From: Candidatus Latescibacterota bacterium
GTDB taxonomy: Bacteria; Latescibacterota; Latescibacteria; Latescibacterales; Latescibacteraceae
Assembly: GCA_042572165.1 (NCBI GenBank)
Contig: JBHPFF010000001.1
Span: forward strand, 10,770-74,769
Direction of reading: 5' to 3'
DNA length: 64,000 nucleotides
The notes under the pieces were generated by a model. It was given only the letters and a program-made list of their open reading frames with translations, made no database searches and had not been told where the DNA came from. This document shows positions 37,164-46,094 of this stretch, piece by piece. A program made the translations under genes and the position numbers. Numbering within the stretch: position 1 is the stretch's first letter; each line of letters starts with the position of its first letter.

Positions 37164-38714
37164 ATGAATAACTTTAAGGAAAAAATGCACGGAAAAGAGT
37201 TCATCATCACTTGTGAATTTGTTCCGGGGCGTGGAGGCGCAGGACGAAGTATTGAAGAAACGATAGAATTTGGGAAAAAGGTTGTATCTTCCAATCTACC
37301 AATCCATGCCATCAGTATTACCGATAATCCCGGGGGGAATCCGGCTATTAGTCCCGATGTCCTCGGGAAAGAGCTTCACGCAATGGGTATGGAGGTCCTG
37401 ATTCATTTTGCATGTACCGATTGCAATAGAAATATGATTGAGTCAAGGGCTTATGCCCTGGCCAGAGATGGCATGAATAACCTATTGGTTGTTACTGGTG
37501 ATTATCCTGTGAGTGGTTATAAGGGGATGGCCAAGCCAATCTTTGATCTCGACTCAGTGCAGGCGATCCGCTACCTGAAAGAAATGAATGAAGGCTTGGA
37601 AATTCCCGGTAGAAAGAAAGGGACTTTCGACAAGCTTCCTGAAACGGATTTCTTCGTTGGATGTGTTGTTTCACCATTTAAAAGAACTGAAGCTGAGTTG
37701 ATGACCCAGTATTTCAAATTGGAGAAGAAGGTTCTGGCCGGGGCTAATTTCATTATTCCACAACTTGGGTATGATATAAGTAAATTCGCTGAGGTGTTGA
37801 AATATATGAAGTATAGAAACATAAACTTGCCAATCTTAGGGAATGTTTATGTCCTTAATAAAGCGGTAGCTCGTTTTATGAATAGAGGCAATGTGCCTGG
37901 TTGTGTGGTGACCGATGAACTGTTGGGGAAAATTGAAGAAGAAGCAAAAGCCTCTGATAAGGGTAAGGATGCGCGGCTGGATAGGGCTGCGCAGCTTATG
38001 GCGATATTTAGAGGATTGAAGTTTAATGGAGTCCATATCGGTGGTTTTGGCCTGAGATTCGAGGATTTTGAGCATATTATTAAACGATCTGAAGAAATGA
38101 TGGATGATTGGCGTGAATATATCCATAATTTCCATTATAAGCAAGAAGATGAATACTATTATTTCCCTGATGATCCGGAATTGACCTTTGAGGAAGAAAA
38201 ACTTGTCCCAGTGGAAGTATCGGGAAAAAGGAGAAAGTCTTTGCATTTCGATATGAGCAGAGTTTTCCACCGCGTTGTCTTTACTGAAGGGGTGTTGGGA
38301 TGCAGATTTGCCCGGCTTATCTATAGCGCGCTCGATAAGCGGAAATTAGCAGGGTGGTTGTGCTACTTCTATGAGAGGCAAGTGAAGAGGTTACTTTTCG
38401 ATTGCCAGGAATGTGGAGACTGTGCCCTTTTTGACTTAGCTTTTTTGTGCCCTATGTCAAAATGCGCTAAATTTCAAAGAAATGGCCCTTGTGGCGGCAG
38501 TAGAAATGGTATGTGTGAGGCCGACGATACAAAAAGGTGCGTATGGACATTAGTTTATGATCGGTTCTCTTCCACCGATAATCTGGATTATCTCCGCAAG
38601 GAATATGTTCCTCCCGTAGATTGTTCCTTATCGTTGACTTCTTCCTGGGCGAATTTTTTCTTAGGGAGAGATCATACCAGTAAAAAAATTACAAGTAGTG
38701 AGGGGGGAAAGTAA
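37164..38714 (+). CDS. metF: methylenetetrahydrofolate reductase fused to a MetV-like Cys-rich C-terminal domain (MetF-MetV fusion)
   Basis: N-terminal about 300 aa is a MetF TIM barrel (FIITCEFVPGRG..., LLVVTGDYP, FIIPQLGYD). The C-terminal about 150 aa has CQECGDCALFDLAFLCPMSKCAKFQRNGPCGGSRNGMCE, the Zn/FeS-binding pattern of the MTHFR small subunit MetV. Confidence 0.8.
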   Translation: MNNFKEKMHGKEFIITCEFVPGRGGAGRSIEETIEFGKKVVSSNLPIHAISITDNPGGNPAISPDVLGKELHAMGMEVLIHFACTDCNRNMIESRAYALARDGMNNLLVVTGDYPVSGYKGMAKPIFDLDSVQAIRYLKEMNEGLEIPGRKKGTFDKLPETDFFVGCVVSPFKRTEAELMTQYFKLEKKVLAGANFIIPQLGYDISKFAEVLKYMKYRNINLPILGNVYVLNKAVARFMNRGNVPGCVVTDELLGKIEEEAKASDKGKDARLDRAAQLMAIFRGLKFNGVHIGGFGLRFEDFEHIIKRSEEMMDDWREYIHNFHYKQEDEYYYFPDDPELTFEEEKLVPVEVSGKRRKSLHFDMSRVFHRVVFTEGVLGCRFARLIYSALDKRKLAGWLCYFYERQVKRLLFDCQECGDCALFDLAFLCPMSKCAKFQRNGPCGGSRNGMCEADDTKRCVWTLVYDRFSSTDNLDYLRKEYVPPVDCSLSLTSSWANFFLGRDHTSKKITSSEGGK

Positions 38715-38798
38715 ATGAACAAAATACTTGTCATTGATAATAACTCTATCTTTGTGAACTCAGTAAAACCACATTCGAAGCGAATTCTTACAGGGTAG
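38715..38798 (+). pseudogene. possible remnant of a response-regulator N-terminus (27 codons)
   Basis: An ATG directly follows the metF stop. It encodes MNKILVIDNNSIFVNSVKPHSKRILTG-stop, resembling the start of REC domains. An AT-rich non-coding stretch of about 430 nt follows. Confidence 0.25.
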
Positions 38799-39228
38799 TT
38801 ACTTCATAGAACGGAGCAGAAGGTCTCGAAAACGTAAGGTGAGAAAAACCCTGAAAACTCAGCCGATCTATAAGAACATCTTCAAGAGCCTGATAGCTAA
38901 TCTTCAAATACTGGAGTACAGGATATTTCATAGCGATGATAATGGGAATACTTAGCCTTCCACGCTTCGAATCTTTATACATCCTTATTACATATAGACA
39001 TCTATATAGCCCTTCTATTCCTAAACTTGAGAAGATAAATAGCCAAATAATTTGCTTACAACTTGCAATAATCATCCTTATAGAAAGAAGTGACATAAGA
39101 TAAGCAGGATTAGAATAAGTCCTGAAGTTTATATAGAGCAAGGTTTAAGTCGGTTAGAAATTTATTTCCAATTGATATTAAGGAATGTGAATATGAAGAT
39201 ATAACTAAACCTGGGAAGAATTTAGATA

Positions 39229-40152
39229 ATGAATCTTAATTGGTATACATACCTTTTTTCTTACTATGCAAAGAGTCGCCTCTTTAATATTAAAAGACCT
39301 GTTTTGGCAGGGGTAAAGATCACCAATGCCTGTAATCTTAAATGTAGACATTGCCCATTTTGGAGAATGGAAGAGAAGAGTCTCTCTTTTTCACAAGTAA
39401 AAGAATCTTTTAAGAACCTTTATGATATTGGTATTAGATTATTGATTATTGAAGGTGGCGAGCCATTTTTATGGAAAGATGACGGCTATGATATCAGAAA
39501 TATTGTGAAAGAAGCAAGGGAATTTTTCTTTAGTGTAGGAATAACTACAAATGGAACATTTCCTTTGGAGGTTGATTCTGATATTATCTGGATAAGTATC
39601 GATGGCCTGAAGAAAACTCACGATCTCATTCGGGGTGAGACTTTCGAGAAAATTATAGCTAATATAGAAGCATCTTCACACGAAAAAATTTATGCCCATA
39701 TAACGATTAACTCTCTCAATTGGAAAGAGGTGCCGGATCTGGTGGCATTTCTTTCATCCAAGGTGAAAGGGATAACGATCCAGTTTCATTATCTATATAA
39801 TGGATTAGAGGATAAGCTATTTCTCCCCCATAGTGAACGAAAGAAGATTTTAGATAATCTTATTAATATGAAAAGGAATGGTTTCCCTATCGCCAACTCT
39901 TGCGCTTGTCTACAGGCACTGAAGGATAATCGATGGAAATGCCATTCGTGGATGATTGCCAGCGTTGGATCCGATAGTAAGATTACTCAGGGTTGTTATG
40001 TCAAAAACAGGGGAGAAATTTCCTGCGAAAGATGTGGATTTTCCGCTCATACAGAGATATCTTTGGCTTACAGCGGAGTAATTGAGTCACTCCGAGTTGG
40101 GAATAAAATATTTGACCCGAAGAAAAGGAAGCAAACCTATGCCCAAAGTTGA
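39229..40152 (+). CDS. radical SAM protein with Cys-rich C-terminal (SPASM/twitch-like) region
   Basis: CxxxCxxC motif VKITNACNLKCRHCPFW. GGEPFLW glycine-rich SAM motif. Six C-terminal Cys (CACLQ...CHSWM...CYVKNRGEISCERCGF). Confidence 0.75.
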   Translation: MNLNWYTYLFSYYAKSRLFNIKRPVLAGVKITNACNLKCRHCPFWRMEEKSLSFSQVKESFKNLYDIGIRLLIIEGGEPFLWKDDGYDIRNIVKEAREFFFSVGITTNGTFPLEVDSDIIWISIDGLKKTHDLIRGETFEKIIANIEASSHEKIYAHITINSLNWKEVPDLVAFLSSKVKGITIQFHYLYNGLEDKLFLPHSERKKILDNLINMKRNGFPIANSCACLQALKDNRWKCHSWMIASVGSDSKITQGCYVKNRGEISCERCGFSAHTEISLAYSGVIESLRVGNKIFDPKKRKQTYAQS

Positions 40153-41854
40153 CTTAATTCTCCTTCATGCCCCAAGTGTTTATGACTTTCGAAAAAAGGC
40201 AATTATATATGGCCCAATAAGTGATGTCGTACCCTCAACGCAGATATTCGAAATGTACCCGATTGGTTTCATGACCATACTGGAATATCTCCAGAGGCAT
40301 GGCTATTTAGTGCGGATTATTAATGTTGCTCTCAAGATGTTGCGAAATCCACGATTCGATGCGGAAAAATTGATCAGGTCATTAAATCCTGCAGCATTTG
40401 GTCTGGATTTACACTGGATGGTCCATGCACAGGGCAGCCTGGAATTGGCAAGCATAGTGAAAAAATATCATCCTGAAACTCCTGTCATCTTCGGAGGTCT
40501 TTCCGCCTCATATTATCATGAGGAACTCGTCCTTTATCCACAAGTGGATTACGTTATCCGGGGCGATTCGGCAGAAGAACCCCTTCGTCAGCTCCTCTCG
40601 GCAATCAAAGAGAAAAGGTCTCCCGAAGATGTGCCCAACCTCACCTGGAAAAATAGTAATCAGGTTCGGATAAATGAACTATCCTATGTGCCCTCGGATT
40701 TAAACAGCATCGCTTTCGACTACCGCAAGATTATGCGATCAAGCACTCGACATTTTGACATAGTTGGTCATATGCCTTTCAGGGATTGGCTCGATTATCC
40801 CATTCTAGCTGCTCTTTCCTGCCGGGGATGTGTTCATAACTGTATAATCTGCGGCGGGTCGGCTTCTGCGCATCGACGCATCTGTGGAAGAAGCTCGCCT
40901 GCATACCGGAGTGCCGAGTTAGTAGCTCAAGATATCGTCTTGATTTCACAATATATCAGAGCCCCTATTTTTCTCTTGGGGGATATTCTGCAAGCTGGCC
41001 CTGAATACGCCCGGGATTTATTAAGTAAGTTTAAGGGGAAAAATATCAAAAATCATATAGCCTTTGAGTTTTTCTCTCCTCCTTCAAGGCAATTTCTGGA
41101 GATGGTGGCGGAGACTATCCCTAACTTCAATATGCAGATATCTCCGGAATCACATGATGAAGATATCCGCAGGACTTTTGGGAGGGCCTTTAATAACGAT
41201 TCTCTTGAAAGAAGTATCAAGGATGCCCTTGAATTAGGGTGTAAACGAGTAGACGTGTTTTTTATGATCGGTCTGTCCGGGCAGACTTCCCAATCAGTAA
41301 TGGAAACGATCAGATACTGTGAAGAGTTGCTGGAGAAATATGGTCGAGACGGCAGCGGTAAGATTCATCCTTATATCTCTCCCTTGGCGCCGTTTCTAGA
41401 TCCGGGGAGTAGGGCATTTGAAGACCCTGAAAAATACGGTTACAGATTATTCTACAAAACTTTGGAGGAACATCGGCAGGCTCTTTTACAACCGAGTTGG
41501 AAATATTTACTCAACTACGAGACAGAATGGATGAGTCGTGATGAGTTAGTTGCCTCTACATACGAAGCTGCCCTTGAACTTAATCGGTTAAAGGCTAGAT
41601 ATGGTTTAATAAAACTAAAGGAAGCAGAAAAGATAGAGTTTCGAATCGAAGAGGAAAAAGAGCTTATCTGGCGGATTGATGAGATTGTTTCAATCAAAGA
41701 CAAAAAGCTACAAGAAAAAAAGATAGAAAAACTAAGAAACCAGTTCAATCAACTGAGTAATTCAACTATTTGTAGAAAGGAAGAGTTAAGGTGGCCGGTA
41801 AGATTAGTTAGATTTAACCTAATCAAGGTTATTCGGGAAGCCTTTTTAAATTAA
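40136..41854 (+). CDS. B12-binding domain / radical SAM domain protein
   Basis: Likely start MPKVDLILLH (the ORF as listed begins at 40082 and overlaps the upstream gene). N-terminal Rossmann-like B12-binding region (ILLHAPSVYD...IFGGLSASY). Radical SAM cluster motif CRGCVHNCIICGG. Confidence 0.8.
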   Translation, partial: PMPKVDLILLHAPSVYDFRKKAIIYGPISDVVPSTQIFEMYPIGFMTILEYLQRHGYLVRIINVALKMLRNPRFDAEKLIRSLNPAAFGLDLHWMVHAQGSLELASIVKKYHPETPVIFGGLSASYYHEELVLYPQVDYVIRGDSAEEPLRQLLSAIKEKRSPEDVPNLTWKNSNQVRINELSYVPSDLNSIAFDYRKIMRSSTRHFDIVGHMPFRDWLDYPILAALSCRGCVHNCIICGGSASAHRRICGRSSPAYRSAELVAQDIVLISQYIRAPIFLLGDILQAGPEYARDLLSKFKGKNIKNHIAFEFFSPPSRQFLEMVAETIPNFNMQISPESHDEDIRRTFGRAFNNDSLERSIKDALELGCKRVDVFFMIGLSGQTSQSVMETIRYCEELLEKYGRDGSGKIHPYISPLAPFLDPGSRAFEDPEKYGYRLFYKTLEEHRQALLQPSWKYLLNYETEWMSRDELVASTYEAALELNRLKARYGLIKLKEAEKIEFRIEEEKELIWRIDEIVSIKDKKLQEKKIEKLRNQFNQLSNSTICRKEELRWPVRLVRFNLIKVIREAFLN

Positions 41855-42032
41855 TTTTATTTAAAAAAAGTTGTAGATATCTTTGGTGTACCCCGTCAGA
41901 ATAATGAGACGGTAAAGAAGTGGCTCTGTCAGTATTTTTGTGTAAATGGTTAATTGTTAGTAGTTGTTGTTTACTCCTCACCCCCTCATGAGGGGGTGCA
42001 TTATTGTAATATAATTATATAGGAACTCTCCC

Positions 42033-42622
42033 TTAGAAGCGAATCGAAAATTGATACATTGTCAAGAGCCAGTTTCTAATAGGCATCGTCCATTTCTTCT
42101 TAATATTCTTTAATGCCATATAAAGTAATTTAATTGCAGCTTCATCACTTGGAAAGATGTTTCTGTTTTTTGTCACTTTTCTGATGGAATTATTCATAGA
42201 TTCAATGGCGTTTGTTGTGTAAATAACCTTGCGAATATCCTCGGAATACGAAAAGAACGGGATGATCCTGGACCAGTTATTGCGCCAGGATTTACTGATC
42301 ATGGGGTTGCGGCTATCCCATTTACGCTCAAAATCACTGAGGGCTTCTTCTGCTTGCTTAACGGTTGAAGCACGGTACACGTTTTAAGGTCAGCGGCTAT
42401 TATTTTACGATCCTTATAGGACACGAACTTCAATGAATTCCTGACCATGTGGACGATACAAAGTTGTACATCGGCCTGCGGGAATACGGATTCAATAGCC
42501 TCCAGCAGGCCTTTCAGCCCGTCCACATTGTTCTGACGAGGTACACTAATAATAGCTCCCGGCATAAGAATTGAAGTCTGTTCTATCACCACATATTCCA
42601 GTGAATTCTGCTGGGATCCCAT
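42033..42622 (-). pseudogene. IS256-family transposase pseudogene (N-terminus missing, internal frameshift)
   Basis: Two overlapping frames. 42299..42622 has ...DGLKGLLEAIESVFPQADVQLCIVHMVRNSLKFVSYKDRK. 42033..42380 has ...YTTNAIESMNNSIRKVTKNRNIFPSDEAAIKLLYMALKNIKKKWTMPIRNW. Both are hallmark IS256 (mutator) transposase blocks. Confidence 0.8.
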
Positions 42623-43245
42623 TTGTCTTTCGGTTTTTCTTCGCCAGTCGGATATCCAATAGAGATAACATTCAGCGGATATACTTCGGGGGGGAGTCCC
42701 AGCACCCTTTTGACATATGCAGTTGGGCCTTCATTGAGGTAGATGCCTGTCCATACGGCACCAAGTCCAATGGCCTCCGCAGCCAGGAGGATATTCTCTG
42801 AGGCTGTTGAACAGTCCTGAACCCATACCTCACTCTTAAATCCAATACGTGTATCCCCACATACTGCAATAGCAGCCGCAGCGGAACTTAACATCCGTGT
42901 GTAGCGTGTTGATAAAGAGAGGGAGTCGAGCATAGCGGGATCTGTAATAACTACAAATGCCCATGGTCTCTTATCCCCTGCCGTTGGGGCAGCCATGCCC
43001 GCTTTCAAGAGGATTTCAAGTTGTTCATTGCTTACCGGCTTATTAAGATATTTCCTCACGCTCTTACGGCTGTGGATAACGGTTAGAGTGTCAGGGATTT
43101 TTGACGGGATCTGGGCAAACAACAGTTCAGGAATGAAAGTGAATCCCACTAATACAAGAACAAAAAAAAATAATATTTTTACTGTTTTCATTGACCTGCC
43201 CCCACTCTTTGGATCACTTGTTGTGTTTCTTAATCTAAAAATCAT
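42586..43245 (-). CDS. nitroreductase-family protein with N-terminal signal peptide
   Basis: Likely start MKTVKILFFFVLVLVGFTFIPELLFA at about 43191. Nitroreductase fold motifs (HSRKSVRKYLNKPVS...LLKAGMAAPTAGDKRPWAFVV). The 3' end overlaps the IS256 remnant. Confidence 0.75.
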   Translation of the reverse strand: MIFRLRNTTSDPKSGGRSMKTVKILFFFVLVLVGFTFIPELLFAQIPSKIPDTLTVIHSRKSVRKYLNKPVSNEQLEILLKAGMAAPTAGDKRPWAFVVITDPAMLDSLSLSTRYTRMLSSAAAAIAVCGDTRIGFKSEVWVQDCSTASENILLAAEAIGLGAVWTGIYLNEGPTAYVKRVLGLPPEVYPLNVISIGYPTGEEKPKDKWDPSRIHWNMW

Positions 43246-43549
43246 TTGCTATTGTGAATATTGATGATACAGCTCCAATAGCAGTTGCTTTCGAAATTGA
43301 ATGCTTTTGACTTTCTTCCTTTTGGATATGAACGAGATTTCTGAAATCACGAAAAGTATGAGATAATCTTGTAATAGCTAATTTCAAAAGACCGTTGTCT
43401 TCACAAGCTTTAATATATTCATTAAAATTCTCTTTTTTGGGAGAAACATCTTTAAAAATAAGGTACTGTCTTATAAGTTCTTCGATAACACCTCCAGCTA
43501 GAATTATAGCCGGTTTATAAAAACCATTTTTTGAGAAATAATATGTATG

Positions 43550-44173
43550 TTAAATATCACGAAATATTATTTTTCTAGTATGGTCATCCTTAATAAAATA
43601 TATTTTTCTTCCAAATTTTATCTTACTTGTTTCATATTCCTTCCCGATGTCAGACCAATAGCCTTTTTTCAAAGACGAATTAGTTTTTGGCATACTTTTC
43701 TCCTCTATGGAATACGATATATTATGCTTGGAATTTTGATCTTCAATTGCAATAGAGATTTCATCTAAACCTAAATTACATATCATATTTATACTTGATT
43801 TTAACCTATTAATAGATGCTTCTGATGCAATACCCTTTAATCCCGTTTTTTGAATATGTTCATGTAATATTTGTATCTTACTATTTGTCTGGGAGCAAAT
43901 AAATTTCTTATAATCTGATATAATTTGTTCTTTAACTAAGTCAAGCACAATAGAGTTTTTTAACATACTATCAATCAGAGATTCTATGTATATCTTTGAT
44001 AGTTCTCTTACGTCATCAGCAAGTTTTTCAGAAAATTTATTAAGTGCAGCACCAGAGGTTAACATTCCTCTTTTTTGAAAACTACTTAAGATTTCTTGTC
44101 GTTGTTTTTGATGGTTATCTGATAAAACTGAACTTTTTATTTTAAATAGTTTATACACTCGGTTAAAATCCAT
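43550..44173 (-). CDS. hypothetical protein (low GC); reading frame appears to continue in another frame to ~43250 (possible frameshifted gene)
   Basis: 207-aa Lys/Ile/Ser-rich ORF. Directly downstream, a second stop-free frame of about 95 codons without a start codon (PAIILAGGVIEEL...RLSHTFRDFRNLVHIQKEE...) runs to about 43250. Confidence 0.4.
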   Translation of the reverse strand: MDFNRVYKLFKIKSSVLSDNHQKQRQEILSSFQKRGMLTSGAALNKFSEKLADDVRELSKIYIESLIDSMLKNSIVLDLVKEQIISDYKKFICSQTNSKIQILHEHIQKTGLKGIASEASINRLKSSINMICNLGLDEISIAIEDQNSKHNISYSIEEKSMPKTNSSLKKGYWSDIGKEYETSKIKFGRKIYFIKDDHTRKIIFRDI

Positions 44174-44606
44174 AATAATTCCCCCTATTCATTCATTACA
44201 CCATAATACAATTCACCACTCAATAATATTACTTGATTCTTACCATAAATCAACATATTGTTAAAATAATCCCCATAAACGTTATAATAACAAAGATGGA
44301 TTTCAATAAACTTGAAGCTACTCTATCCTATGGAATGCATCAGATATACCAAGTGACCTATACTTCTGCACATTGAAAGCGAATGGACTCACTGAGACGA
44401 GGAAGATGGAATAGTATTTTAATAGGATTAATATGGATATTAGAAATATTCATTCATTAATGAAATGGACTCCATAGACAATCCTAAAAGTATTTGATAT
44501 GGGGAATATCAGCTAAAATTGATTTTAGAACTTTCAAATAAATGTTTTCAACAATTTTCATCTATTTGTATGTAACTAAAACATCTTATTCCTTGGAGAC
44601 TTTACA

Positions 44607-45902
44607 ATGCTAGAAAAAAGTAACGTTTATGTAATTTGTTTTTTATCTCCGCTTTTCTTATTTGGCCTCTTACTAATGTTTTTATGTTTGAATTCCACAG
44701 ATTTATCCGCCCAGGAAAATAAATTATCTTCAATGCAAGAAAATGCTGTTCGAGTTTTCCTTGATGTAACAAGACGCTACCAGGAGTACATCAAGACAGA
44801 AATTCCGTTCGTCAATTATGTTCGGGACAGAAAGGAAGGACAGGTTCATATAATGCTCACCCAGCAGCGAACCGGCAGCGGGGGCACAGAATATACTTTA
44901 ACGTTCATAGGACAGCAAAACTTTACTGGCGAGGATGACACATTAAAATGTGTATCCCAGCAGATGGACACAGAAGAAATCATTCGTCAGAATATTGTGC
45001 GAACAATTAAAGTTGGTTTGGTTAGATATGTTTCAAAAACTCCACTCCTTGAAAATATTTCAATCAATTACAGGGAAAAGACAAATCCTGCATCTGTCGT
45101 AGACAAGTGGGATTATTGGGTTTTCAATATCAATAGTAACGGCAGGTTTAGCGCAGAGGAATCAAGTAAAGAACTTAGTCTTGGAGGATCATTTTCTGCC
45201 GACCGTGTCACTCCCTATTGGAAAATAGCTCTCGGAATAGATGCAGATTACAATCAAGAAGAATACGAAACAGATGAACGTACAATTTCAAGTTATTTAC
45301 GGTCTCAAGGGTTTGAGGGATTAATTGTGAAAAGCCTCAGTGAACACTGGTCGACCGGTTTTTATGCCTCGGCACTCTCTTCAGTCTATTCAAATACAAA
45401 ATTCTCATACATTATAGCGCCGGCGATTGAATACAACGTGTTTCCATATTCAGAATCAACACGAAAAGAATTCCGTTTTCTTTACAAAGTGGATTATACC
45501 GATATTCAATATGATGAAGAAACTATTTATGACAGAATCCACGAGTATTTATTTGATGAAAGCCTTTCCGCTACCCTTGAGCTTAAGGAAAAATGGGGTA
45601 CAGTAAGTGTTTCATTGGATGGTTCACACTATTTTCACGATTTCAGCAAAAACCGATTACGATTACATTGTGAATCAACCTTTCGTTTTTTTGAAGGGTT
45701 TTCTCTGAATTTACATTTTCAAATGATTAGGATTCACGACCAGCTGTTTTTGCCCAAGGAAGGTGCAACCGAAGAGGAAATCCTTTTGCACCAGAGGCAA
45801 CTTGCCACTCAATACGACTACTTTGCTTCAATAGGTTTTAGATATACATTCGGATCGATATATAACAATGTTATCAATCCCCGCTTCGGTGGTAATGGGT
45901 GA
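44607..45902 (+). CDS. hypothetical exported protein, probable outer-membrane beta-barrel
   Basis: Signal peptide (LFLFGLLLMFLCLNSTDLSAQE). Alternating-polarity strands toward the C-terminus (YDYFASIGFRYTF). No named family. Confidence 0.45.
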   Translation: MLEKSNVYVICFLSPLFLFGLLLMFLCLNSTDLSAQENKLSSMQENAVRVFLDVTRRYQEYIKTEIPFVNYVRDRKEGQVHIMLTQQRTGSGGTEYTLTFIGQQNFTGEDDTLKCVSQQMDTEEIIRQNIVRTIKVGLVRYVSKTPLLENISINYREKTNPASVVDKWDYWVFNINSNGRFSAEESSKELSLGGSFSADRVTPYWKIALGIDADYNQEEYETDERTISSYLRSQGFEGLIVKSLSEHWSTGFYASALSSVYSNTKFSYIIAPAIEYNVFPYSESTRKEFRFLYKVDYTDIQYDEETIYDRIHEYLFDESLSATLELKEKWGTVSVSLDGSHYFHDFSKNRLRLHCESTFRFFEGFSLNLHFQMIRIHDQLFLPKEGATEEEILLHQRQLATQYDYFASIGFRYTFGSIYNNVINPRFGGNG

Positions 45903-46094
45903 CGCGAAGGTGGTTTTCGAGGCGGACCTCAATAGTGAAAGATAAATAGTATAACATTCTCATAGAACTTTAAGATAGATATAATTAACGCATGTTATAA
46001 TCTTCTAATTGTTCTGACGGTGTACACACCAAACTCGCAAAGAACCCTCTCAGGAAGGCTCTTCGCGTGTTGTGCCTGATGTGACAAAACCTGG

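Noticed and set aside
36790-37164. Possible degraded [FeFe]-hydrogenase H-cluster domain after the short HydA-N-like gene
   Set aside because: Translating all three plus frames gives no TSCCP, MPCxxK or ExMACxGGCxxG-type H-cluster motifs. The gap is ordinary non-coding sequence, so the short FeS protein appears to be naturally domain-limited rather than a fresh truncation.
41979-41998. Perfect 20-nt palindrome CACCCCCTCATGAGGGGGTG as a rho-independent terminator
   Set aside because: Not followed by a U-run on either strand. It more likely belongs to the IS256 end or a recombination site, and is recorded only as context in the radical-SAM finding.
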